Below, piece after piece: positions 27,801-39,298 of a stretch of DNA of 64,000 bases. The translations under genes were made by a program, and so were the position numbers. The notes under the pieces are model-generated. The model was not told where the DNA came from and did not search any database. It saw only the letters and a program-made list of their open reading frames with translations. The stretch lies in NCBI GenBank assembly GCA_030141605.1, contig JAQGDQ010000042.1, positions 1-64,000 of the forward strand, in the 5' to 3' direction. Each line of letters opens with the position of its first letter. Positions within the stretch are counted from its first letter, which is position 1. Origin of the DNA: Tubiluchus corallicola. Lineage: Eukaryota > Animalia > Priapulida.

Positions 27801-29539
27801 ATTGTTATTATTGTTGCTGCCCTATTAAATTAAAAAATTAAGTGCCAAAGTTGGCATATCCAATAAAAGTAAAAAGGCCAATAATTTTGCTCATACTGGA
27901 TGCTAGATGTAATACATGTAATCGTGGGTTTTTGCACAGAACACGAAACAAGCTGTGTATGCGTCAATGTGCTCAAATGTAGATTTTATTAGCCATTACG
28001 GGTTTTGAAAATGTTAACGGATTTTCGAATTATACGATTTACAATTATATACGAGACAAAGTGCATTAAAAGCGTTGGATTTATTACTCAACGTGTAAAT
28101 AACCTGAGCCAAACGACAACGATTCAAAGAGAAGCATATATTTGCACTGATTAATTGTTTGTATTTTAGTTTAGTCAATAAACTGAATTTATTCATCAAG
28201 ATTTCACAAATTTTGTGATGGAAAAACAAGAACAAGCGCAGTTTCGACGAGAATTGACATTTGCAAATTAACTGTTTATGCTTTAATATCGTGAAATGAA
28301 AGAAATGCATGCGGTGGAGGTAGGTGGAGATATTTCCCCAATGAAGATGTATGATCTATGACGTCGACCACCCACTCGAAGCAATATACACACACGGAGC
28401 CGCAGATGTATTATTAAGTCTTATTAAGCCTATAAATTTAATAATGACATTAATTATTGAAAGCATGGTGTGAGTAGCTGATGACTATTCTTAAATAGAT
28501 GATAATTTGTTAATTACATATTTACCAATGTGTTTTTTTTAATAATTATTATCCTTTGCGGTAATGAGTTGGAGAAACTGTTAATTTTCTCCAATTTGGA
28601 AAAAAGGAAACGCTAAAAAACTGTTGACTAGTCGGTATTTGAACCTAAGACCTGGGATTAGTGCCCCCATGCGTTGCCACTAGTTCAACATTTCCTTCTT
28701 ATAGCACACAATCCACCAGTGCCCACGACTGTAGAGGATACTTGCAGTGCTGTATGGCGCAAGCATAGTATTGATACATTATAATTTGTACTATAAATTA
28801 CAGTGAAAACAACTGCTGAACTACCCTCTTCCAGTAAGCCTGAGTTTAAATTTAATATACCGTAAAGTCTAGGGCAAGAATATAGTCGTAGCGTACCAGC
28901 CTTTAATTCATTCTTGAGCTTGCAGGTTCTAGTGCAATCGTGTTTGCGTTTTATGGATTAAGGATTAAAATCCTGCTTAAAGAATAAAATAAACTGAAGG
29001 ATTTAAATCTGTAACCATCCTAATGAGCGCCTGAAAACATTAGTCAACTTCTCGTACGTCTGTATAGTATCAACCGAAACCTGAACGTCCAAAAACGACG
29101 TCTTTTTTCTACTATTCGACTACCTACAAGAAAGAGACGAGACCCAATATCCAACAGCAAAATCCTGGAAGTGCGATAAGCCGTATTATGAACGATAATC
29201 AATTAAGATGAGGCACTGAACCGGCAGTCGTGTCCCCTCCTTACTATATTTGGATGCGAATGAATCCTGCCTCAACAAGAGAAATAACTGATGGCATTAC
29301 GACAACAGCATGCAGAAGCGCTTTTCCCGGCAGTCACCCATCCATTTGCTGACCTGATTCGGCGTTCTTTAATTTCCGGGCCTGCCTTGCACTGCAACTT
29401 CTTAGCAATTCATTAGCCCGGGAATGACTTCTTGTTACCTGAATATCTACTTTCGTATCAATCCCCTTCTCTACTTTTTCTATCGTCACACCTTTTTTTT
29501 CTTTTTCTTCTACGTTCGCCTTCTCTTCATCATCGCTCT

Positions 29540-29589
29540 TTATTTTGGTTGGTTAGCCAACAGATCAGCTGCAGTTAAAAAGCTCAGGG
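29540..29589 (-). CDS. Tentative second exon of the EGF-repeat gene ((A)LSFLTAADLLANQPK*)
   Basis: ttgcag acceptor (exon from 29589; alternative ctgcag, exon from 29568) is phase-compatible with the phase-1 donor at 29718; TAA at 29542-29540. Confidence 0.3.
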
Positions 29590-29718
29590 CTGCAATTATA
29601 GTTTAGAAATGACAAAGCAGGCTATTTGTCGTATAATAGGCCTACAATATGTCCTACGATAGGACAAAAGGTTTTCTTTGGGTGTCTTATATTGAAAAAC
29701 TTGAACTTTTTGACTTAC

Positions 29719-30401
29719 CAATGGTTTCGTTGCAAATCGACCCAATGTATAAAGGATTGCAAATGCACACTGACTGTGATGGATTCTCTTCATGTGGAGT
29801 GCACACTCCATTAACACATGGATCGTTTTCTAAGCATGGATTCGAAATAATGCATACATCTCCTACATATTCCTCGGAACACTGGCACTCTGGCAGGGAT
29901 TGATTGTTTAAATTCGGAATGCAAGTGCCTCCATTCTGGCATGGTTCAGAGAGGCAAGGATCTACAATTTCACAGTCGTCACCTATCCAACCTTTGTTAC
30001 ACTGGCATTCACGCGCACTGTTATCTTGCTGAAAGCAAGTTCCATTTACACAGGGTTGCCAATAGCATATGTCTTCCTGGTCACAAACATTCCCAAGCCA
30101 ACCATCATCACAGATGCAAAATGGGTCCCCTGTCTCTACGTCTTCTACACATCTACCATGTGCACACGGATCTAGATAACACACATCGACTTTTGTACAA
30201 TTATCACCAGTCCAACCGTTACCGCAGAAGCAGTGGTATTGTTCGTCTGGTTGACGTACCTGACACGTGCCATTGTTTTCACACGGGTTGGGATGACAAG
30301 GAAACTCTTTGTCACAGTCTTGATGGATGGTCCCATCTATGCATTGGCATAGATAGGAATTGCCACTTGAGAAACAAATTCCTGCATTCAAGCACGGATT
30401 T
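29719..30401 (-). pseudogene. 3' part of the LINE-split coding exon of a secreted EGF-repeat protein (rest of EGF1 plus EGF2-6)
   Basis: NPCLNAGIC...CQC...C followed by five complete six-Cys EGF modules with no stops; ends ATTG|GTAAGT (phase-1 donor at 29718). Confidence 0.9.
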
Positions 30402-33068
30402 TGTAACAAAATAGAATCAATTTGGTACAATATCGAAAACTACATTGTAGGTGTCATTTATAAGCCACCAAATCAAAAATATAAGACTTTTCTAAAACAT
30501 TTTGAAATTGAACTTGAACGTGCTGTACTTGAAAATCAACCAGTTTTATTAATGGGGGATTTTAATATCGATATTAATGCAACAAATACTGCTCAGTGCA
30601 GAAAGTATAAAGAAGTCTTGGACCAATATAACACGCAAATACTAAACGCAAGTAATAAACCCACAAGAATCACTAAAACATCATCTACTACCATAGACCA
30701 CTTTATCTCAAACGCTAAAGACAATTTCCAAGTACAAGAAAACTTCTCCTGTGATTATTCTGATCATGATTTTATAATAATAGTAGACAAAACAAAACCA
30801 ACCAAAAACAATACAGGCACAGTCTGGAAAACAGTCAGAGATTATTCTACATATAATAAAGATATATTTCAAGATACTTTAACCAAATTGGACTGGAGTA
30901 ATATTTACACAATGACTGACATTGACATGCAAATAAACACATTAATAAATAATATGGAATACTGCCTGGATATCTATGCACCGTATAAAAAAATTAAAAT
31001 ACATCAGCAGCAATTTAATGCAAAATCTGCTTGCCCTTGGGCGGATACAGAACTCGCAAAACTAAGACACAATAAAAATGAATTATATAGAACATATTTA
31101 CATTTAAAAGGTAAAATCAATTACAATAATTACAAAAAGGCACGAAATAAATTTAATAGCTACAACAGGAAACTCAAAAATAAATATTATATTAATAAAT
31201 GCAATGATGCAACTACACCTAAACAAAAATGGCGTTTAATTAATGACGTACTTAACAGATACAGAAACGATCAATTACAAATAAATAGTTTACGAGAAAA
31301 TGACAGTATAATATCTGATCCAGTTGACATTGCTAACAAATTAAATTCCACATTTATCAATCTCGGAAAATTTGACAACTTGCCACACCAACATAATGCA
31401 AATATACACAATATATACAAAAACCAATCAGTAATACAATCCACTTTCTCATTTACTAGCGTCACAGAATATGACATCTTTAGAATATTAAACAGTTTAA
31501 ATATAAATAAAGGAAGTGGACCCTCAGACTTGCCAATAAAGATCTTAAAAGACTGTGCCAGCATCATTACTCCTCATCTAACATATATCACAAACCAAGT
31601 CTTAATGCGCTCAGAATTTCCAGCAGTGTGTAAACAAGCGAACATAACTCCAATATACAAGAAAGATGCTAAAGATGATGCTAAAAACTACAGACCAATC
31701 TCAGTAGTGCACGTACTAGCCAAAGTATTTGAAAGAGTTATCTACAACCAAATAAACCATTACATTGAAAATAATAAGTTACTGTCAAATCATCAATTTG
31801 GTTTTAGAAAACTACATTCTACAATAGACGCGATAATTGATGCCACTGAAAAGTGGCGTTACAACTTAAATAAAAATAAATATATACCAGCAGCATTTTT
31901 AGATCTAAGTAAAGCTTTTGACAGCCTCGATCACAATTTACTACTAGACAACTTACGCCAACTAGGATTCGATTATACTTCTCTCAAACTAATTAATAAT
32001 TACCTACACAATAGAAAACAAAGAGTCAAACTGAACAAACACACTTTTTCAACATGGGACACACCACAGAGAGGCATCCCACAAGGTACGATATTAGGTC
32101 CATTACTCTTTTGTTTATACGTTAATAAAATTCATTTAGTTTTACATAATTCAGACTTAACACAATATGCCGATGATACAACACTCTATACAGCACACGC
32201 AGACTTTCTAACATCAAAAAATAATCTAGAAAAAGACATAACAAATATAAATGCAGCATTTAACTATTTTAGTTTAAAAATGAATGATGATAAGACAGAA
32301 TTTATGGTAATATCACCCAAATCCAATGACATTACTTCTAATGCAACACTAAAAGTAGGTGACTGTTCCATAGAACAAGCAAAAACTGTAAAATTTTGAG
32401 GCATTACTGTCGACAATAAACTCACTTGGGATGAACAGTTTCATCAAATACACAACAAGATGGCATTAAGCACGACATTCTTACGCCAAACCAGAGGCCA
32501 TCTAACCAAGAAAACAAAAATTCTCATCTACAAAAGTCTAATATTACCACATTATCTATATGGTTGCACTTTACTTCAAAACGTTAAATATGAAAACTTT
32601 AGAAAACTAAATACAATGCAAAACTACGCACTTAGATTAATTCATGGCTACTCTAACAAAACTGCTAAACAACATGCTGCTTCTGCAACAAGCTTAAGAA
32701 CGTCCACAAAAATACCAATATTAGAAGCCTATCGAGATTACAAAACACTGATATTTCTTTATAAATATATAAATAAACTGAGCATTCCATTTATAAACAA
32801 TCCCTTAGCATTTATTCCTGATACCACATTGAACACTAGAACATACAATTTAAAGCAAATTACAGTAAACAATAAATTTGGGAATAACTCTATATCAAAA
32901 CAGGCCATACATTTATGGAACTTACTACCCAGTGAAATAAAACAAATAGAATCTCTCCATCACTTTAAAAAGAAATTAAAAGAATATCAATATAACAGGT
33001 TTCAACTTCCACATTGTGCATCTGATACTAATTACACGGACTCCACTTTCATCTACCCCCGCCCCTGA
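30402..33068 (+). pseudogene. LINE ORF2 (endonuclease-reverse transcriptase) with one in-frame nonsense codon
   Basis: ORFs 30360-32399 and 32460-33068 share a frame; the junction reads KF*GITVDNKLTW (TGA 32397-32399 where K(Y/F)LG is expected). Confidence 0.88.
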
Positions 33069-33425
33069 CTCCATATAATGATAAAAAATGAAATTTTTTA
33101 AAAAAAAAATTATGTAATGTAATACGTGTTATGTTAGTTTCGTGTTTCGTAATGTTAAATGTATAAATAGTGTGCACTAATGTAATGTAAAATTTAATGT
33201 ACTTTCCTATAATTGTTTGTAAAAATATTTTAATATGGTATCTGTAAATATGTTCATTATATTGTATATAGTTTGCACTTTAGTTTTTTTAGTATGCACT
33301 GGACGCATTTGTCTTGAACAGTGTTGTTATTTTAACATTACGCTGAGGCTAACTCAATTTTATTATAATGAGGGAACCGTTTTTATGACAAATAAAGAAT
33401 TAATATATATAATATATATATATAT
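30402..33425 (+). mobile_element. Young 5'-truncated CR1-group (Crack/Daphne/L2-like) non-LTR retrotransposon
   Basis: APE endonuclease motifs (VIYKPP, LMGDFNID, PTR..TIDH, SDH) lacking the N-terminal part; RT motifs (NYRPIS, QFGFR, FLDLSKAFD, GIPQGTILGPLLF, YADD); 3'UTR, AATAAA at 33391 and TA-rich tail; ATTT at both junctions (30398-30401 and 33426-33429). Confidence 0.93.
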
Positions 33426-33429
33426 ATTT

Positions 33430-33536
33430 GGAACACACGGATCTCGTTCAGTTGTTATGCTCGCCACAGAAAACTTTTCTAATGCAATCAGTATAATTAG
33501 ACTACATTTCATTATCCAAAACATTTGCATCGGCAT
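33430..33536 (-). pseudogene. 5' part of the LINE-split EGF exon: signal peptide and start of EGF1
   Basis: ATG at 33536 gives MPMQMFWIMKCSLIILIALEKFSVASITTERDPCV(P), which joins in frame to NPCLNAG at 30401 once the LINE is removed. Confidence 0.85.
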
Positions 33537-34011
33537 CTTTAAAAAAACTAGATGATTATTGATGTAAGATAGTTAGGGACGAATGAAATGACTTGATAAT
33601 GTTTAAGCGCAGCGGATATTATCCTCTCTGTATATATAGAAATACTTGGCGCTGAAGAATCGTTTTTATACCTTCGCTTTCTATCGGCATAAGCTCGAGT
33701 ATGACTAAAAGTGGTCTCAAATAGTCTTATCGGCATACCACTCCTTTGTCATATTGACAAAAAAGAACATTAAGTTTCCAATGTAAACGGAAGTCTTTTG
33801 CGAAATATTTTTGTAGCCTTCGTATAAGATCTCAAAATGTGTCGAGAGATAATTTTTCGATCATTTTTGCCCAGACTAGTCTTTACGACAGTTTTAGATA
33901 GATGTTCTTCAAAGTTTCTTGATGATTTTAAATAAATTTAAGAAAGAAATTAAAAATTATTTGTTCAGTGCTAACTACCTGTGTTTTATTTTTAAATTTG
34001 TTAATGTCTGA

Positions 34012-34021
34012 TGTGTGTGTG

Positions 34022-34053
<32 letters not shown>

Positions 34054-34083
34054 TGTGTGTGTTTGTGTGTGTGTGTGTGTGTG
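34012..34083. repeat. (TG)n/(CGTG)n microsatellite
   Basis: Direct reading. Confidence 0.95.
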
Positions 34084-34462
34084 TACATATGTGTTCCCTA
34101 GTTGGTTACTTAGTTTACAGAGTTCGCTCTATGAGTTGAAAAAGGATTCCGAAGCACCCGAAGCACCGAAGAACAAGTATTTACATTGCATGGAAACCAG
34201 ATGACGCTATTTTTTTGTCTAAAATGAGCGCGCTCAAGCGTAAAGTAATCACGACTTTAAATTGATTTTACTAATTACATGAGGTGCTTATTGCAATTTT
34301 ATTGCCGCTACAGCCATTGTCGCCTATTATATGTATTTTGATGAGCAGCTGCGTAACGTATAATGTATTATGTATGTATAAATAATGTAACGCATTTAGC
34401 TTACATGTATTTAGACAAACAATATATAATGTATGATATATGTATTATGTATATAGAATTAA

Positions 34463-35073
34463 AGGAAGACAGGATGATTTTTATTATACTACCCCATTTT
34501 CAAGTCCGATAAAAAGTATACGTTTTAACACAATTAATACTACAATAGCGTTTTTGATAAATAAATAATAGATTAAAAACTTAATTAACGGCAGGCGAGC
34601 CCAACTGTTGATGACATCACAAACTAACATAATTTTCAATAGCAAAACATTTCACAAGCGTGTTGCACGTGTTTGCGAAAGCGAAAATTGAAGTACAGTG
34701 CTACTGTAAGATATTCAGTGTGTTGTAGTAAAACTAGACAAGTTTTAGGATAAAATTCAAACTTCGAATTTGCCGCTGTGCTCACACATGAGCTGTCGAA
34801 TGTGTGCACTTCATCACAAACTAACACATCTGAACTGAGAGGTACAGCACCTGTTTTTGGCAGTACATTTCCAAAATGCAAGCGCTAGTGCTCGTCTAAC
34901 TAGCGAATGGCGAAATGCATGTAAAAGCGAAAAACTAGTGGCGTGAACGTCAAATTGTGTTTGTGTGGTAATAATTCTTTCACGTAAGTCACTTTTGAAA
35001 AATAGTATGTTTCTTTTCAATACAAAGAATAGATTGTTTTGACCAACAGTTTAAGATTGGGTCCGGTTTTGCT
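34463..35073 (-). mobile_element. Kolobok-like element, copy 3 (inverted)
   Basis: TTAA-AGGAAGACAGGA...TCCGGTTTTGCT-TTAA; the reverse complement aligns to copies 1 and 2. Confidence 0.75.
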
Positions 35074-36522
35074 TTAATGTAAAGTATTTAACCTCGGGAG
35101 CTTTCTTGTATATAATATACAAAATTTGTACATATTACATTATTTATCTTCTCTTGACTAACCTGCATCTTTAATCGCATTCTTCTCTACACAGACCTGA
35201 TTTTACACCCTCCTTATCCTGCCTATCCCTTTCTCACTATCAATGTTGTGCTTACAAGATTTTCTTTCAACACACATTGAAGCACTTTATTGTAAGTAAT
35301 TAGTTTTTTGCCAAGCCATATTTTTGTTATTGTTGCTTGTCATTGAATGTACATTGCTTTTTGTCACAAATAAATCTAAATCTAAATGTATTTTTTGGGA
35401 AAAAGTTCTCTTGCATTCACAAAGCAAATTCTAAAATATTTATTGCACTCAGGTTTAACGCGGTATTTAAAAATTAGGCAATTTTCTACGAAATTGTAAC
35501 AAAATCTTATTTCAATTAAAACTTCTTTGACGATACATATCGATACGCGTTAAGTATTGTTTAGCTATATTGAATACTGACCGTTTAATATCACTGCTCA
35601 GCTGCTTAGCTATAGAAATTTTACGAGCATGTTTGGCTTGTATTTATTTTTCTACTTTTTATCGCTGCTATTTTCTCCACAAAATTTAGTTAAATCACTG
35701 AGTTATTTTACTTCGACCTTTGGTAAAGTAAAGGTCTAGACCCCTGCAATATTTATTAGTGAGTGAAAAGCTATGATGTAAAAAATAGACGTTCAACCCA
35801 ATGAAGTTTAATTCTTCGGGGTACTGTTTTGCTTTTCTGTTTATTAAAGTGAAAAGTAACTTAAGTATTTTTAGCCGAAGTTCTACTTGAATTTTTTTGT
35901 AGGGCGAAATTTGCTGGATTAGTTATCAGCACCTTTGTTAAAAAGGTTAATTCACTATTCGCGATTCGAAAAGTTTAATATCAGATGTGTGGACGTTCAT
36001 TGTACAACGTGAACTGTGAATGTAGTTCATACTTTGCATGCTGTTCGTTGAGTTATTTATTAAGGAGTGCACCTGTGCGTGATTAAAGCGTCGAAATGGG
36101 TAGATATCGTTCATTATAGCGCTAGTCTACCTGTCGCACAGTTTAAATAATAATTACTTAAACTGTGCCCTGTGGTATAGTGACGTGTCTGATTGACAAA
36201 ATCACTTATTTACTTTTTAACCTTTTATTGAATGCGCCGTCATGTATTAAAAGACGCCATTTTCCTCTCTGTGTCTAAAAGCAGAACAGATTTTTCGTAT
36301 TTATCCAGCCTAACCACCTAATTACTATGTGAGAAACTATCAGTGATATTTTGTTGTTGGTAATTTGTACCACCTGACTGCATTTAACAACTCCAAAAAA
36401 GTGAATCCAAACAACGAAGATTTAACTCTTTTTGAAACTAATATGAAGCCATGTGAAATCTCACAATTTTAATATGTAGCGAAACGGCACTAAATATTAC
36501 TTTTTGCTTACCAGTGTAATAA

Positions 36523-36678
36523 AAATTGACGGACACAATATTTGTTTTGCAGATATAGTTGCAAAAAATAAAGGATTTTTGCACTACTATAATACGTAGA
36601 AAATTGACGGACACAATATTTGTTTTGTAGATATAGTTGCAAAAAATAAAGGATTTTTGCACTACTATAATACGTAGA
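36523..36678. repeat. Near-perfect 78-bp tandem duplication
   Basis: aaattgacggacacaatatttgttttg(c/t)agatatagttgc...atacgtaga twice, with one mismatch. Confidence 0.9.
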
Positions 36679-37777
36679 AACAAAATTTGGGATGGTGGGG
36701 TTACGTTAATAATGGCTAGTCAATTTAGGGTATCTTGTGTATTTATAAAGCGCACTTCCTCCTTTCATTTAAGTGGCAAAAAACTGGAACGGGAAAACTT
36801 TCCGGATGATTTTCTCTGCAGGCTGCGTAAATTTCAAACACTTTTTTTCTAAAGCGGATCATTGAAAAAGCTTCGTCGTTACTCGTTAACCGGATGTACA
36901 CAGGGATGCGAGTATTAAATCTTCCGCTCAAAAACCGCCATTTTTGTTAAACCACAACATTTTAATAAAATACATTTGGCATTTGTGTAAAAAGAATTTT
37001 CTCTGACTATCCTGTTTATTGTTCTTTCGCGTATATTTTCGTCTCATTTAAAATTTGACGTTTATGTTGGTAGGACAAGATTTGTAGCAAGCAAATTCAG
37101 CACTGCCCAGACCTAAATTGTGGCGCATCCCATTAACGTAACTTCGACCACAGTATTTGCATATTATAATAATAGTATAATATCGTAGTAGTAGCCTATG
37201 CAATAATACTCTTTAAACTGTGCTTCAACACTCTCTTTTCGTAAGTGATATTTCTAATTGTTTTAACTCTCGAAGATAGTATGACATAATTAGACCTGAA
37301 ATTAAAGTGAAAACAGAATTAGCCAAAAACTTACAGTCAAGTACCAAAAGACAAAAACTTCGTGGACTGGTGGAAATTCTCCTGCTTTCCACAATGTCAG
37401 TTGACTATTAAAGGCCGCTATTCTACTCTTCTTTGCAGTTTTTTCCTCATTGAAGATGTTGCTTTATTAAGGAAGGAGTTTGTTTCTTGCTGTTTGTTTT
37501 ACTGCTGCTTGAAATGACTTTTTCATTAATTTATTGCTGCTTCTCAAAATTTTTTTCTTTATATTACAAATCATCTATTAAAGATCAGGGCTTATAATTT
37601 GGTTGAGTAGCACTCTTCATTTTATCTCTTGTTTAGTTTCCTAGCGGATTGAACTTTCAAAAACTTTATTGAAATAGTAGCGAAGCTTGATCTACACACG
37701 ACTTTAAAACGCTGTTCTGTACAAAAACCCTATTACTATATATGTGGTTATTTATTGTTTTGCAGATGGCGTTATAA

Positions 37778-38074
37778 ATGGCTCCTGATGACGTCACTCT
37801 TTTGTGTAACGAGAACTTTACAAACACCCATTGTTATCCCGTCCAAAACCCAGAAGAGTTAGCAGATCCACTCGTCCAGACGCCAGGGTTTGTTCCTATA
37901 ACAACCGTCTACTCCATCACTTTGGTTCTGGGGCTGTTTGGCAGTACTGTGGTCATCTTTACTCTTCTAGTGGACAGAAAGTCCAAGAATGTCACTAGCT
38001 CCTTCCTTGTGAGTTTAGCCGTGGCAGATCTGCTCATGTTGCTGATCATTGTTCCGTATGAGATAACATACATG
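37778..38074 (+). CDS. Class A (rhodopsin-like) peptide GPCR, coding exon 1 (N-terminus, TM1-TM2)
   Basis: MAPDD...VYSITLVLGLFGSTVVIF...NVTSSFLVSLAVADLL..VPYE; tttgcag acceptor ending 37765; donor ATG|GTAAGA, phase 0. Confidence 0.92.
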
Positions 38075-38689
38075 GTAAGATAGATATGTCATACAACAGA
38101 TTAATTCTTAATGAATGGAATATTGATATTAAATAAAAAAATCCGACGGTTGAAAAGCTAGGAAAAAGAAAAATGATAGAAAGGGAACGTTTTGCGTTTC
38201 TCACTAGTGTTTTTTCTATGCGCTTGCATCTTTTCAGTGTGATATCCTCTTCGTGTTAACAATATAGCAAAATATTTGTTTGCTAGTTTTAGTGTTCTTT
38301 GCGATTTTTTGTCTTTTTTTGTTCACTCGAAGAAAAACTAATGTGTTGGTTCGAAACGTTGAGACTTTTTTTGGCTTTTAACTGTGGGATTTTTACTTAA
38401 CGATTGCGTTATTTTTATCTAGAAAACTTTTACTGAAGAGCACGTATTCTTTCCAAATATAGTTAAGCTGTGGAAGAAAACGGAGGGGAATTTTAGAGTT
38501 AAAATGTAGATGTTCTCATAATATTTATGAAGTTTGTTTTGAGTTTTGTGTCTACTTAACATGTGAAAGAAGATTTATTTAGTTCTATACGTAATTTACA
38601 GATGACTAGATTTCTTCAAATTTTATAGTAAGTTTATATAGCTGCTTTTAATTGAATATCTGAAACATAGCGCTAATATTACTATTGGT

Positions 38690-39000
38690 TATTTTTATTC
38701 ATTTATTTATTTATGAAGATATCTATGCATACAATAAAAATTAACTCCATAAAACAATAAAATTACAATAATAAACGAGATAGGTTAACATGGATACGGG
38801 AGAGACACAAAGAGTAAAATTACTGTTTATATATGTCTGCAAAAATACAAATGTGTTGAAAAGTCAATTTTCATTAATCTTTGATTATATAATTTATTGG
38901 AGGCGGCATTTGCCAGTGAAGACCCATTTACATGTTCAGGAAGAGAATTCCAGCACTTGACAACTCTATTGGTAAACGAATGTTGATCTTCTTACGATAC
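38690..39000 (-). mobile_element. CR1-like LINE 3' remnant in GPCR intron 1
   Basis: Minus strand reads HSFTNRVVKCWNSLPEHV; (ATAA)n-type tail near 38690-38715. Confidence 0.55.
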
Positions 39001-39188
39001 AGATAGACTTTAGTAAGGTTAGGGTAAACCTAGTTACGGTTAGGTGAACGTAAAAAAACATTAAAGTAAATGTAAGGTTAACAACTCATTGGTATCTTTA
39101 CTATGCTACTGTTGCTTCTATATTTAATTTGTTAACTTGCTACTGCTGTTTCATCTTAATTATTCTAAACATTTGTTTTGTGTTTCAG

Positions 39189-39298
39189 TCGAAGCCAGAT
39201 CTAAAGCGTACTGACGTTATATGTAAGAGTCTGGCTTTTGTAAAAACTCTGTCAGCCATGGGTTCCGTGATGAATCTGACTGCTGTCAGTTTAGAAAG
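39189..39298 (+). CDS. GPCR exon 2 (ECL1-TM3)
   Basis: tttcag|SKPDLKRTDVICKSLAFVKTLSAMGSVMNLTAVSLE(R)|gtgaga; phase 0 to 2. Confidence 0.92.

Noticed and set aside
28620-28690. Minus-strand tRNA-like sequence with a B-box-like ggttcaaatacc
   Set aside because: Too degenerate to call; at most a decayed SINE head
29687-32399. EGF ORF overlapping the RT ORF as a retroelement carrying EGF cargo or a bidirectional gene pair
   Set aside because: The missing start of EGF1 and a signal peptide lie beyond the LINE's other end with a junction duplication, so the overlap is an insertion artefact; both ORF-track starts are TTG codons across the junction
32397-32399. In-frame TGA in LINE ORF2 as selenocysteine or programmed readthrough
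   Set aside because: It replaces a conserved Leu (one change from TTA) in a truncated copy; a simple nonsense mutation is sufficient
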